Below, piece by piece: positions 1 through 13,622 of a DNA stretch of 64,000 nt (positions are counted from its first letter, which is position 1; each line of letters begins with the position of its first letter). The translations under genes and the position numbers were made by a program. The DNA comes from Eledone cirrhosa (taxonomy: Eukaryota), in NCBI GenBank assembly GCA_964016885.1, contig OZ024740.1, forward strand, positions 244,590,001 through 244,654,000. The letters run 5' to 3'. The notes below the pieces were generated by a model. It searched no databases. It was not told where the DNA came from and saw only the letters and a program-made list of their open reading frames with translations.

Positions 1-2518
1 TCTCTTACTCAGTCCTAAAAGCTATCAAACACTCTGTAACACAGGGTCGATAAACCCGAGAACTATAAGAGCTACTTTCAATAGTAACCCATCCACCATT
101 ATTGTTTGATGTTATTGTCCCACAAACTCCGCTAATGATGATGAAGATGCAATAAACTTCTACCAAGATCTGATCGCAATTGTGAAAAACATCCCAAATC
201 ATAATAACGGGTGATTTTAATGCTAAAATTGGACACACAAATTCAAAATATATTTCATTTTGTCAAGAAACAAATCGAAACAGTCGGTACCTAGTTGATT
301 TTGAGACATAACGTGGACTGATAATAGGGAAGTTATGGACTTTCACATATCCCAATAAATTGAAAGCACAGCTGGACTACATTCTAATAAATAAGAAATG
401 GAGAATCAATGTGCTAAATTGTGAAGCTTATAACTCTTTTGCATCAGTAAATTCTGACCATAGAATTGTTTCTGTGAAAATAAGACTGTCTATGAATGCA
501 TAAAAATCAAACCAAAATGAAAGCGAAATATGATTGGAATAAACTGCTAACTGATGATACTATTCAAATCAAATACACAACTGAAGTTAGAAACAGTTTC
601 AATACACTGCAGGCAAGCGAAGAAAAAATAAATGCTGATGAAATATATTAAAACGTCATGATTGTCCATAAAGAAGCTGCTGAACAAGCCATACCAGAAG
701 AGAAAGCAACGTGTTCCATGGGAAAGCAAGAAGATTAAAACCATACAAAATCAGTTCAAGAAGCACAAAAAACATTGTTAGAAAACAAAAGTCAATAATG
801 TAAAAAAGTAAATAATGATCTCTTCCAAGCAGCGAGAGGTTACCATAATAAAGAGCTCTCCACATATGTAAACAACAAAATCAACATCATATCAAACGCA
901 GTACAAAACCAATCATTAAAAATTGCTTGGACAACTGTCAATTGCTTGGACAACTCTACTGGTAGAAAGAATATACCAACATCCAAGATAAGACGCCAAA
1001 AGAACGCGTACTAAAATGGAAAGACCACCTTCAAAATCTTCTTGATCAACTACCTGCTATAAGAGAACAAAATATCACATGAGTAGTTGAGGATTTCTCA
1101 AATGATGAATTATTGAAGACAATCAAATCCTTTAAAAACAGAAAAGCAGCACGACTCGATAACATTCCAATCGAGGTCAGGAAAACTGAAGCCTTAGTTG
1201 ACACACTACTCGACAAGTGTAATAAAACCTTTCATGGAGATAAGCCAAACATTTTGAGAAAAAGCGGTATAACCCCCCCCCCCCCCCCCCCATACACACA
1301 CACAAAATGATCTTAGTGATGTCAAAATTTACTGTGGAATTAGTCTAACAGTAATATAATCTAAAATCTACCACAGAATGCTATTCATTTAGAACCAAAA
1401 TAGATTTCGTTCAAATATATCAACGCTGGGGCAAATCCTGACCGTTAGAAGACTCATAAAAGGAGTGAAAGCAAACAATCTTCCAACTGTTATCACATTC
1501 ATTGATTTTAACAAAGCTTTCGATTTCATTTATTGTGGAAAACTCAAACAAGTAATGGAGGCGTTGTAAATTGTGACAGAAGGAGCTGCTCTCTACGACG
1601 GAACAGAAGCAAAAGTACTGTCCACCAATAATGATATTTACTTCTTCAAGAAAATACACTAGCTCCGTTCGTCTTCATATTAACACTCGACCATGCAATG
1701 AGACAAGCTGCATATCATGTTCATCAAACAGGATTCACACTACGCCCTCGAAGTAATACTAGACACCCTGAAATAAAAATAACTGATGCCGATTTTGCAG
1801 ATGGTATCACACTCTTATCCGACACCTGCGAAAAAGCACAGCTGTTGTTACAGAGAACGGAATGGGCTACTAAAACAAAATGACTTTACATAAATGAAAA
1901 GAAGACGGAATATATTGCATACAACCAGAAATAGGGTGATATTGTGTCACAAAATGGTTTTAGGTATCTTGGTTAGTGGATTAACACCTCAGAAAAAGAC
2001 ATGAGCACTAGAATTAACAGTCTGGGCAGTTACAAACAAAATGGATATCATTTGGAAATCAAATTTGAACATCAAACTAAAGGTTATGTTCTTTCAGTCA
2101 ACAGTTGAAAGTGTTTTATTTTTTATGGAACGAAGTACTGGACACTCACAAAATAGATGGAAAGACAGTTAAATGGCGCATATACGAGACTACTGAGGAA
2201 ACTGCAAAATATATATTGGAGGGGAGCACAGAGCAAACTAGTTTCCTTATGGCGACCTGAGAGCGATTACATACGTCATAAAGGCTAGAAGACTCGATCT
2301 CAAAGGTCACGTATGGCAAAGAGATCAGGCAGAGACATTACACCAATTACTGCTATGGGAATCCACACATGGTAGAACAAGAGGTAGACTTCATGTTACG
2401 TTACTGGAGCGGTTTTGTAAATAGAAAAAATGAACTGGCAGAGGCCATGCTAAATAGGGACAAGTGGAGAAGTATAAATATCAACGCCGCTCGAGCATAC
2501 TTGACATGATGATGATGA
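1..2518 (+). mobile_element. Degenerate LINE, RTE/RTE-X-like (APE endonuclease + RT), 5' end outside the window
   Basis: Broken frames give APE motifs (ITGDFNAKIG, AQLDYILINKKW, NSDHRIV) and RT motifs (FIDFNKAFD, DADFADGITLLS). Ends in an (ATG)n tail at ~2507-2518. Many stops and frameshifts. Confidence 0.8.
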
Positions 2519-3104
2519 GGAAATAAAAATAACATTAAATTCGAAATCATAACTTCAATATAATATATTTGAAAGCAGAGCTCGTCCTTCTACATATATA
2601 GATACAAATATACAAATATTCATACTTACATACACTCATATATGTATGCATACATACACACATATGTTCATCCTTATACATACATACAAACATACATACA
2701 TACATAAAATTTGTGAAATTATAAAACCAGAAGAACATACATACACATACATTATATATATATATATACTCACACATATATATATATATATATACATACA
2801 TATATATATATACATATATGTATGTATGTGTATGTGTGTATATATGTGTGTGTGTGTAAAACTATATCAAATATTTCTTCACTTGTAATTCTTTCTAGAT
2901 GAAATAGGAGAAACATAAAAGATATTATTCAGGTCATCTGACTGACGTATACGATGGGGCTTAGGTTTACAGCATTAAAACTAGGTCTCCACAACTTGTC
3001 TGTATTTTCATAGTTGGATACACTAAAACCCCATGTAAATCTATATTTCCTTTCTGGTTTCTTAGACCAACTAAATAAATGAAATAACGATAATAATAGT
3101 AATG

Positions 3105-3714
3105 CTGGTTTCTAATTTAGGAACAATGCTAGCAATTCTGGCGGATGGGGAAGGTCGATAAAATAGAACCAGTATTTGACTGATACTTTATTCTATCAAC
3201 TCCGGAAAGACGTAAAGAGCTGGAACAATTTTCTACTACACCCTAAAGAATTTGCCAAATAACAATTATTTCTAATATTAGCACAAGGTCAGCGACGGGG
3301 AGGGGTGGGGGCAATCGATTGTATTGACCTATTTCTTAACTGGTACTTTATTTATCTACTTCGAAAGGATACTGGCGATGATACGGGAACAAATGTCACA
3401 AAACATTTCAGCCGACACTTTACCGACTCTACTAAATAATGGTTTCGGATTTAGGCACAAGGCCACCAATTTTGAGGTAGGGGGATGTCGATTAAATCGA
3501 CACAAATGCGTTATTGGTGCTTTATTGTATCGACCCAAATGACGGTTTCTGATATAGGCACAAGGTCAACAATCGGGGGGGGGGGGGGGCGATTAAATCG
3601 ATCCTAGTACATTACTGGTACTTTATTTTATCGACCCCGTAAGGATGACAGACAAAGCTGATACTCGCGAGAATACCGCAAAATATTTTGTCCGACACTC
3701 TAGCGATTCTACTA

Positions 3715-3715
<1 letters not shown>
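3105..3715 (-). mobile_element. Cluster of diverged copies of an abundant tRNA-derived SINE
   Basis: Several copies of GGCACAAGGCCA...TACTGGTACTTTATTTTATCGACCCC, matching better-preserved copies at 18775-18955 and 60080-60475. Confidence 0.7.
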
Positions 3716-3750
<35 letters not shown>

Positions 3751-4227
3751 GAAGCTTTCCACAGTGTTTTGTTACGAACAAATATTAAGCTATAAACTTT
3801 TGTTGGAAATATGCTTCGGCAATATGACTGTTGAAATAATTATTGCATCAGTTTTCATAACGCATTCTTTAGTAATTGTTCTCTGCTTTGATTTCTGAAG
3901 TAATGAAATGTCTTCTAAGTGAAATATATTTCTCCCGAGTGTTCAAACTTCATCTTTACCATTAATATATTATTGTACCAAAAGTATATTTTATGGTAAT
4001 AGATGTTACTTCCTTCATCTATCAACATTGTTTATTCAGTAACTACTCCCCCCCCCCCCGCTCTCTCCCTCTCCCTTTCTTTCCCACCCCCATCATCTCT
4101 CAAAACTGTTTAGTATATATCGACTAAATCCCCACTCACATTAATACTGAAACTTTTTTTGTTTTATTTTTTTCTCGAAGCCATATCATGCTAATTCCAT
4201 GTAGTTACCATATTTTGTATCAGCACT

Positions 4228-4259
4228 ACTTCCGGGTTTTGCCACGTCATTCGGAAGTG
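4228..4259. promoter_or_regulatory. Candidate promoter module: two ETS-type sites flanking a TGACGTGG (CRE/UPRE-like) site
   Basis: ACTTCCGG-GTTTT-GCCACGTCA-T-TCGGAAGTG in otherwise AT-rich unique DNA. Confidence 0.3.
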
Positions 4260-5811
4260 GAGAAACTTTAAGAAATTGCCGTATAGATTTTCAAATAAGA
4301 TAAACCTATTTTCGGACATAATGCATTTTTAATTGGCAGTTCGATTAATAAATTAGTGGGCCATTATGTCAAACTACATTTTTAGTTCAAATCTTGCTTA
4401 ATTTGATTTTTCTTTTCATTAATCTGTGATCGATGAGATAAAAACCAATTATTAACTGATATTAATTCCATGGATTATAAACATCCTCTACAAACTTGCG
4501 ATCTTGTATAAATGCCAGCAATTTTGGGAGAAGTGGCAAGTCGATTAACTGTAGCAGCAACAATATCAGTAACACAGTAAGTACTAACATCAGCGACAAA
4601 AGACATTGATAAAAGCAAACGGTAACAACAAAAACAACAACAGCAGCAGCAGCAACCACTGCCGCAGTTACAATAACAGCAGCAGTAACAAGAACAATGA
4701 CAACGAACATTTTAACAGCAACTGCAATGACATTTTAAAACATATCACAGCAACAAGAATATTTGTAGAAGTGCAGAGGGAGTGGGTATATATAGTTCAC
4801 TCCCAATTGGTGGGGGTGGGGGTGGTGTGGAGGTAGTAGTAATGGTGGGATGGGGGTAGGAATAGTATTGCTGTATTAAACTGTAGTGGTGGGGGTGACG
4901 GTGAAGATAGCAGTTGTGGTTGTGGTGGTGGTAATGGTGACGGTGGTGGTAGGGATGGTGATGGCTGCTGATGTTGTAGGTTTACTTTCTCATGCACTAA
5001 TTAATAGGTTTATATTTTAAAATAAATCCTCAGCTGTTTTCCTGCTCTATTTTTCTCTGCTGTCTATCTACTTTTAAGAAGAAACCTCTCATCTTCTCGT
5101 GATTTCACCAAAACTTTCATGGAGAAGGACGAGGACAACCAAACGAACGAACATTTTGAAATTACCATATTTATTTTTATGTCCTTATTTCGTTTAGAAC
5201 AACAGTTAAAAATCTCTTTAGTCTAAAAGGTGCAGTATAATTTAGCAGCAGAGCCGGCCGTTTTATTATAATATCCAGATCTGCCGTTTTCTATCTCTGT
5301 GGCTATAATTTCGCTATTAAATCTGGTCTGTTTGGCTGTGCTTAGTGGATTACGATCAATTTACTTTCCAGTCTTAACAACGCTTTACAAACAACTGATA
5401 GTAGTTCTTTAATATTTATTTTGGAAATCATGCCGTGTAATTTGACACATTAATTTTCGAATGATTATGATTCTTATTACAGGGCAATCTAAAATTAGAA
5501 AACTAGTATGGACTCCGCTTTATTTTATGGGTTCTTGTATGACATTATTTAGCGAGAAAATCCACTGGGTCTGAAGCATATTATTCTGAATAATATTTTT
5601 TCTGTAAATTATGTTTTCTTTTTTTTCCTGTTTCCCAAATTATTAAAGTCACAATCTACCATATTTACTCATGTCTATGTTGCAAAAAATATTATATATT
5701 TTAAATATTCTATGTAAAATGGAGGAGTGACTGATCTACCGGTGCGACTCGAGTATATATATGGTATCTTTTGATACTTGCACTTGTAGTTTCGAGTATA
5801 TATATACATGC

Positions 5812-5990
5812 ATGGCAGTATCGGTAGAGGGTCGGACATGCTTCCCAGCATAGTTACGTCCCTTTACGATCTGAGTTCAAATCCCGCCGAGGTTAACTTT
5901 GCTTTTCTTCCTTACGGGGTCGATAAAATAAAGTACCAGTAATGTACTGGATTAATTGCTGGCCTTGTGCCAAAAAGTAGAAACAATTAT
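5812..5990 (+). mobile_element. tRNA-derived SINE (same family as 3105-3715)
   Basis: A-box-like TGGCAGTATCGGTAGAG, B box GAGTTCAAATCCC, family core GGGGTCGATAAAATAAAGTACCAGT, then an (ATT)n tail. Confidence 0.85.
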
Positions 5991-6009
5991 ATTATTTATT
6001 CATGTTCAG

Positions 6010-6126
6010 ACACGGAACAAAAGCGCTACCTAAGGTTTCAAGGAGGTCCAATATTGACCATTTCTCCAGAATGTAAGAGGGATCAACATTGTGATCTAAT
6101 CTTCAGGCACTTATACCAACTTAAAG
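6010..6126 (+). CDS. Possible isolated internal exon of an unknown host gene
   Basis: Bounded by TTCAG| and AAG|GTAAG, 117 bp (multiple of 3), open frame TEQKRYLRFQGGPILTISPECKRDQHCDLIFRHLYQLK. No homology recognised. Confidence 0.25.
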
Positions 6127-6592
6127 GTAAGCGTGCTAAAAAGCTAGTTTACAAAAAACGTATTATAACAAAGGGAAACAACTCCAATATATAAACTTGA
6201 AATAGCGAAATCGTAAACGTATTAGTCTTCGTAGGCTATAGCAGATGTACGTATTTATTTATGTTGTGGTATATAATATAGAGATGGTAATATTTATTAA
6301 GGTATGGAGTAGGGTAGTATAGAAGCTGTGCTGTATTATGTAAGTGTGGAAAACTAAAAAGAGAAAGAAAGAAAAGATATTACGATAGTATATAATTTAA
6401 ATTAAGGTGGATGAATATCAGTCGAATTGATTGAGTATTTCCACTAATGGTACCAAGAGATGTCGTCTCTCTCTTAGTGGGAAATTTAGGATACTAGAAT
6501 ATTTTCCATACGCTGACGCGTATGTGTATATGTATGTGTGTGTGTGTGTGTGTATGTATATGCATATGCATACATTTATATGTATGTGTATA

Positions 6593-6675
6593 TATTAGGT
6601 CATCAAGTAAGAAATTTGTAGAAATTTGTGTTTTTTCTACAAATTTCTACAAATTTTGAACTTGACGACCCAATA
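6593..6675. mobile_element. Tiny palindromic MITE-like element (Tc1/mariner-type ends)
   Basis: TATTAGGTCATCAAGT...ACTTGACGACCCAATA imperfect terminal inverted repeats with TA ends, plus an internal inverted repeat AGAAATTTGTAGAAA/TTTCTACAAATTTCT. Confidence 0.5.
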
Positions 6676-6926
6676 AATATAAACGTCCAAACACAGACAC
6701 GCGTCCCCTTCCTTCCTTTTACACAGACTCACTTTCACACAGGCAGCAGACGTAAAAAGAGAGAAGTATGACGTAGTCAAACTACTCCTCTTTCTTTACG
6801 TGTTGTGACAGAATCGCAGAAATTTATATATAGATTAAATTTTTAGAGGATGCCTCATCTCAAAAGCCAACTGTTTGCTAAGTGTTAAATACTCAACAAA
6901 TTTGATTGATTGTGGAGAGATCTTTT

Positions 6927-6982
<56 letters not shown>

Positions 6983-7349
6983 TATTTATTTCTTTATTTA
7001 TTTATATATATCTCTCTCTCTTTCTTCTTCTTCTTTTTCTTCTTGAGAGTATCGTGGGGGAAGAGTCCCCAGACATACCAATCGAACCGTCTCCATGTGA
7101 CCAGGCTAGATTAAGTTCATGTTACACTTAGTCTGATTGTGAGGAAGAAAAAGGAAATATTGTTGTCCTTTGGGTTTTTATACATTAAGATAATATATAC
7201 TTGAGACGGCGAATTGAATTGGTAGAATCGTTAGAACATTGGATAGAATGCTTCTTAGTATTTGTTTTAGCTCTCTGCGTTCTGAGGTCAACTTTGCCTT
7301 TCGTCCTTTCGAAGTCGATAAAAACGTACCACTCAAGTGCAGTGGTCGA

Positions 7350-7448
<99 letters not shown>

Positions 7449-7599
7449 ACTTTCTTTCCCTCTCTCTCTGAAAAAAAACATCGATGTTCAGATCTAGCGA
7501 GGAATGGGCTCCGCCAGGTTTAAAAGCATCCAAGACATGTCATATGCCACTACAGTGTCCCTATGACTCTATGACGAGTTAAATTGCCGTACATAATGA

Positions 7600-7785
7600 A
7601 TTCCTACAACAGAACAATTGAAAGAGCCAATTGTCAAACTCTGTATCATGCTGAATCTTCCCTAGAATTACGTCAATGTTACACATGTGTGTGGAATGTT
7701 CAGACACATGCACGTTGATTTCACGAGCAGAATGTTCTGTTGGTCGAATCAACTGAAATACTCGTCGTCGGAACTGACGGAGATT
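7600..7785. mobile_element. Conserved interspersed repeat (SINE-like core); opposite-orientation copies at ~10410-10620 and ~39080-39235
   Basis: Shared core GCTGAATCT...CACGTTGATTTCACGAGCAG, reverse-complemented as CTGCTCGTGAAATTAAC...GATTCAGCGTG at 10438-10514. Confidence 0.6.
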
Positions 7786-7789
7786 CAAT

Positions 7790-7905
<116 letters not shown>

Positions 7906-7971
7906 GAAAAGAGGGAGAAAAAGACGATTATTAGGAAGAAAAATTTTTTTTTTCTCCCTTTTTATTTCTTT

Positions 7972-8012
<41 letters not shown>

Positions 8013-9304
8013 TAGACTGGTACTTAATTTATCGACTCTGAAAGAATCATAGCTAGAAGTTGGCTTCGACGAGACTTGAACGAGATTTGAACTCAGAACG
8101 AAGAAAACTGGAATGAAAAATTAATTGCATTCTATCTGACGTCCTGACTACTCTGTTAATTCACTGCCTGAAGAATAACCTACTTGTTGGAAAATCGTCA
8201 AAACATGTGGGGAATATTTTAAAAGCTGGCCCTATATGTTACAAATATATTTAGTCGATGAAAGTTACATATTAAAATATCCTTAATATGGCATTCCGAA
8301 TTTAATACAGCTCTTGCTCTGTTAGTAATTGACAAGGGACACGCCCCATGTAGAGTGTCTGCACATATGTGTGTATATATGTAGAGGTGTATGCGTATGT
8401 GTGCGTGCGCGCGCGCATGTGTGTACGCATGTATGTGTGTGTGTATGCGTGTGCTTGCATGTGTAGGTTTGGGTGTGCTTGAATGTATGTATGTATGTAT
8501 GTATATGAATATATATAGTGGTTCCATCTAATAAAATATTATAAATATTCTGCTTTGCCTATTGAGTTCTTTTTCTCCTGTTTTTAGAACAAACGCACTT
8601 TTATATACAGACACACCTACATACATACATACATACACACATACACACACACACACATGCATACATGCATACACACATACACACACGCACATACATACAT
8701 ACATACATACATACATACATACATACATACATACATGCATACATACATACATACATACATACATACATACATACATACATACATACATACATACACACTT
8801 GTGTGATATTTTTGCCTGTCCCAAGAATTCTCATGAAACACAATACGTTTCGTATTTCAGTTAAAAATCTCTTGAGATTTTATTTCATAACATTTACTGG
8901 AACGGATTTTGTTTAGCGACATATTTGGATTCTGCCAAACAATGGCCATACGATTCAATATTAAACAACAACAATAACAATTGAATATATATTATATTAT
9001 ATACAACATAATACAGCTGTGTTAAATTACAGCTGACCGAGACAATGAGAGGGCGATCTAAAACGGGAAAGTATCGGTGTTTCGTATTCTTTATTGTATA
9101 CGTAGACAGCTAAATGGTTAAGAAATTTGCTTCCCAGTCATAAGGTTCAAAGTTTGATCAGAACTTATTACTTATTATCAAACAGCATGTGCTACAAGGC
9201 ACCCGGATAATTACAGACAATTCAGTGAATGGTATTTTTGAACCATTCACTGAATTTTGTTGCTCCACTGAATATTGGAATTCACGAATAAAACATTATA
9301 ATGG

Positions 9305-9698
9305 CCTATGTAGGGTCTTTGGGGTAACGTTACTCGATAGAGTGCGTAGCTCAAAGATCAGAGTGTCATTCCAGGTAGAGCCACTACTTCTCCGAATTGA
9401 GAGATCACAGTTCCGATATTGCGGGCATGTGGTTAAAATGTCTCAAGAAAGTCTCGATGGACAGATTTTACGGGCAAAACCAACCGGTGGGAGACCCGGG
9501 TGTAAACCCCAATTAAGATGGTTGGATAACACCCATGAGCACAGCTGGTCTCGCTTAGGGAGCCGGCCAAATCATTTGGAGAGGGTAGTTTTTGACTGGG
9601 CCCGTTGGAAGAAGAAGAAGAAGAAGAAGAAGAAGAAGAAGAAGAAGAAGAAGAAGAAGAAGAAGAAGAAGAAGAAGAAGAAGAAGAAGAAGAAGAAG
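9305..9698 (+). mobile_element. 5'-truncated RTE-clade LINE 3' end with (GAA)n tail
   Basis: GVTLLDRVRSSKIR..VEPLLLRIERSQ..GHV..RP..P..RW is the typical RTE ORF C-terminus, followed by ~30 GAA units. Confidence 0.8.
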
Positions 9699-11103
9699 AC
9701 ATTTGGGAGGTCATATAGAGCAATGTGCGGAACTTCTGATAATTTGTACGCAACATATCAGTCTAGAGTTAAGTTGACGACGAATAGAGAATCCTTTCTT
9801 CAATCTCATTCCTCTATGAAATTCTTTTCCTTTCTTTTAACCCGTAACTCATGGTGGAATTGTAGGGGGCGCCGAAGTCTTATACAGCGTTTCTTGGAAA
9901 TTTATTAAGCCTGGCGGAGCACACCTCCTCTCCAGGTTTGAACATAGCAATCGTAATAAACTAACTTCGATATCCCAAACCACCACCCACCTCACTCATT
10001 TACTTTTTATTAAATTTCATCGACATAAGCGAAATCAACAGAGGCATATCCGCAGAATATCATTAAAAAATGTATTATGAAAAGAACCATGAAGAAGCAC
10101 CGTTGTGTTATAATAATTAGTTTATTAAAATGTGTTTTGTATAGAGTATTTTCCCTGCGATTTCAAGCAAACAAAATGACAGCATCGAGACTCCAAAATA
10201 ATATTTTTTTTAATTCTTCAAACATTTTAGATATTTATTACCCTATTACTCTATTATGTGTTCCAGCCTATAGGCTGGAGCTATGCTGGAGCACCATATA
10301 TAAAATTATGAAAATTTTGTTTATAAATCAGAAATTATTTAAGGTTAGCGGAGTTTCAGTGACAGTAAATTTCTTTGCATTTTTCATTTTGTGTATCTGT
10401 CTGTTCCGAAGACAAGTGATTCGACCATCAGAACAGCCTGCTCGTGAAATTAACTTGCAATTGACTTCCACAGACGCGTGTACTCTTAACATATATCTCA
10501 AGGAGATTCAGCGTGCCACAGTGTGTGACAAAACTGACCCTTTGAGTTACAGGTACAACTCATGGTTGCCAGCTGAATGGACTGGAAAAACGTGAAATAA
10601 AATGCAATGCTCGAGGACTCAACCGACCGTTAAAGTTTATCTCAGGTCCAATACTTACTGAATCCTCTTTGTTCTCTGTATAACACACGGCTGCGATTAT
10701 CTACTTTATCTGATTTGTATTTTTTTTAAATAATTATTTTTCAATCAGAAACTGGTTACAGCTGCAGTACTTTTTTCATATCTAAATATATTCCATTTGC
10801 CTTTGAAGTGTACATGTGCTTTCTATTTTAACTATTAATTGCATTTTAATCCTTAATAAATTGAAACTGAAACTGGAGCTACATGAAATATAGTGTCTTG
10901 CTGAAGGACAACGCGCCGTTAAAATGTATCCCAAGTCCAGAGGTTGGTCAGATCAGAGATTAGCCCAGTTTCTTTTGGGCGTCAAGCATCTGAGAATACA
11001 AGACGCCAGTCCGTCACATGATTATCCTCCAACCGGAACAACGTAGGATAAATTGTCTTACCTATGGACCCCACGTCCTCCGATTCAGTTTACCTTGGTG
11101 CAA

Positions 11104-11254
11104 GGCGTAGCCGTGTTTTTAAGACCTAACTTCGTAACCACATTGATTCGAGTTCGATTCCATAGTGTGGTACTTCAGGTCTTCTACTCTAATCTTGGGT
11201 AGAACTACACTTTGTGAATGAAATTTGGTTGACGGAAACTGTGTAGAAGTCCGT
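11104..11254 (+). mobile_element. Second tRNA-derived SINE family; reverse copies at ~11990-12150 and ~39265-39400
   Basis: GGCGTAGCCGTG...GAGTTCGATTCC (B box)...AAATTTGGTTGACGGAAACTGTGTAGAAG. Confidence 0.6.
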
Positions 11255-11296
11255 TGAAAGAATCTTTCCTGTTCATAGATGATAGTTAACTTTTTG

Positions 11297-11545
11297 ACAG
11301 CACCTTAAACCTAATGACAGATCTTTACTAACCCTTGCATAAACCCAATGAAAACCTAACCTACGTTAATGCTCAGTCAAACTAACCTAGATCAGTAGTT
11401 ATGGCCATAGTCAAGAGCGTCTCTAACAGAATCTCCAGCATCTCTGCAAATCAAGAGATATTCAATAAAAGCGCCGGCTGTGAACACAACTTTAGTTAGA
11501 GCAGCACATAAGAGATAAAATTAGTTATATCCCCAAGGTGCATAG
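11297..11545 (+). pseudogene. Decayed Naiad-type PLE RT/thumb fragment
   Basis: Translates to TLNL..KPNENLTYVNAQSN..VKSVSNRISSISANQEIFNKSA, similar to TLNL..KPNDTLNYISKHSNHP..VRNVSLRLSRLSTNERIFN in the 23847-25976 ORF. Confidence 0.65.
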
Positions 11546-12544
11546 ACATAGTACGGATAACAATAGACTAGAAAACAAACCAATAGAACAAAGGACTAGG
11601 AGAAATATCAATAGAGTAAATGTTAGAGGTGAACCATCAATCCGCAAAAATCAACAAAAAAAAAACGGCTATAGAAATACAATTAGAGCCCAGGAAATAG
11701 GAAACGCATCGTAGGAACCGCAGCACCATAACGGAAGTTAAGAACTAAACTCGTGGCGCGAATCGTAAGAAGTAAATCAACTGTCCGAACCCCAATAGTC
11801 CTGAATGCAACGAGCAAGACGAAATAAACAAGAGGGTGCTCAAATATAGGGACGAAAGGTCGCGCCGTAAATACCATACCATCAGGGATGACATCGCACC
11901 ACTGAGAATCGGCACCACTGAGTATCTGTGGAATGCTCAATCCCTTACACGTTAATTCCATAAATAATTTCATATATATTTATACAACAGTCTTCCGCAC
12001 AGCTTTTATATTTATTTCTACAAAATTTCACTCATATGGAATTGGTTGTTTAAAGTCTATGAAAACACTGGACCAAGGTGCCACGCAGTGTGATTGACAT
12101 CAGAAACCACGTAGTTACCAAGGGAACTTCTTGACAATACTACTATTCCTACGAGTTTGAAATCAACCCTCTGGCATGATGACACCCTCGCGTAGTTGTG
12201 TGCATATAAAATAGTTCGATAGCTCAAATTCTGGTCACATTTTATAACTTCAAAGTTTGACTAACTTCCTTGTAATCTAACATCTCTACACGAAGAACAT
12301 TCTAAAAATTATTTCTGACGTCACACACTTTTCCAGAGATGACTTACTTCGAAACATGTTAACCTTTCACACACATGTGTCATTCACAGGCAATGTTGAC
12401 ACCTCACGCCAAGCCTACATTGCTTCCGTGAACAGAAGACTATGAAAATATCTGTCAGTGGAGATGGAACTTAATTTCTTTCAACAGCACAAACATTCAG
12501 TCGCTACACACACACACACACACATGCATGCATACATCTATGCA

Positions 12545-12607
<63 letters not shown>

Positions 12608-12874
12608 CACACACACATACACACACACACCTATATCTATATCTATTGTATATATAGTTGGACAAATGAAACAAAACAAACACAGGGATGCAAAATGCAG
12701 TCTTATTAGGTTCACGCTTTGAGGAAGTGGAGAAGGGTTCTACGTTCTACATCAGGAAAGTTTGGATAGGGAGAGAACAGGTAGGTGAAATATATATATA
12801 TATATATATAAAATATTAAAAAAATAATGAATAAAACAATGAAACAGTTCCTTATATTAAACAAAAAAAGTTCA

Positions 12875-13020
12875 TTATTTAACGATCGTTTCTGGGATAT
12901 ATATGTGTTAGAATTGGCATGTATATTTAACAGATCGATGTACAAAATTATACAAAATTATACAAACTATCAAAATTAAATATACATACCAACTCATACA
13001 TATGCCGTCTTCAGAAATAA
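12875..13020 (-). ncRNA. Type I hammerhead ribozyme motif with very long stem II
   Basis: Minus strand: TTATTT-CTGAAGA-C-(~115-nt hairpin)-A-GAAA-CGATCG-T-T-AAATAA. 6-bp stem I, palindromic stem III. Confidence 0.7.
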
Positions 13021-13163
13021 TTTCTGAAGACGGCATATATATGAGTTGGTATGTATATTTAATGTTGATAGTTTGTATAATTTTGTATAATTTTGTACAT
13101 AGATCTGTTAAATATACATGCCAATTCTAACACATATATATCCCAGAAACGATCGTTAAATAA
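13018..13163 (+). ncRNA. Mirror copy of the long-stem-II hammerhead (stem I shortened by the inversion junction)
   Basis: CTGAAGA at 13024-13030 and GAAACGATCGTT at 13146-13157. Confidence 0.65.
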
Positions 13164-13361
13164 TGAACTTTTTTTGTTTAATATAAGGAACTGTTTCATT
13201 GTTTTATTCATTATTTTTTTAATATTTTATCTTGACTCTGTATTCCGTTTATCTTTCACCGAAAGTGATTTTTCATTGCATCTCTTCTTTCCATGATATC
13301 CGGATTACATTGAGTTCTTCATACGGATTGGACACTACCGTAAACTCTTGGTAGATTTATC

Positions 13362-13425
<64 letters not shown>

Positions 13426-13584
13426 AGGAGGTTATAGTTCACTTGAAGCATTGTGTAATGAGGTATAAACGTTAGAATATGTGTAATAAGGCCAAGACAA
13501 TGCAGATATGGACATAGAAAAAAGAATGCAATAGTGAAAGATATTGATGAGAATTCGTCTTTCACCTTGAATTTATTTAAATGT

Positions 13585-13622
13585 CCTTAATTTTCGAGAT
13601 AATATCTCTTCTTCGGAGGGAA
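13585..13622 (-). ncRNA. Minimal hammerhead variant in PLE 3' UTR (mirror of 17797-17834)
   Basis: CCT-CCGAAGA-A-GAGAT-att-ATCTC-GAAA-AT-T-A-AGG on the minus strand. Confidence 0.55.

Larger units (their letters stand above)
12808..13363. mobile_element. ORF-less PLE-like pseudo-LTR remnant: ~210-bp inverted repeat centred at ~13020, between (TA)n tracts
   Basis: 12808-13018 is the near-perfect reverse complement of 13020-13230. Each arm carries an HHR motif. Confidence 0.75.

Noticed and set aside
5812-5890. tRNA-like A and B boxes
   Set aside because: Head of a multi-copy SINE; no complete cloverleaf.
9189-9908. 239-aa ORF with poly-Lys
   Set aside because: An RTE 3' fragment plus its (GAA)n tail, not a host gene.
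12700-12770. Hammerhead-like halves here, at 18555-18605 and at 57612-57700
   Set aside because: Only one half of the core is recognisable in each case.
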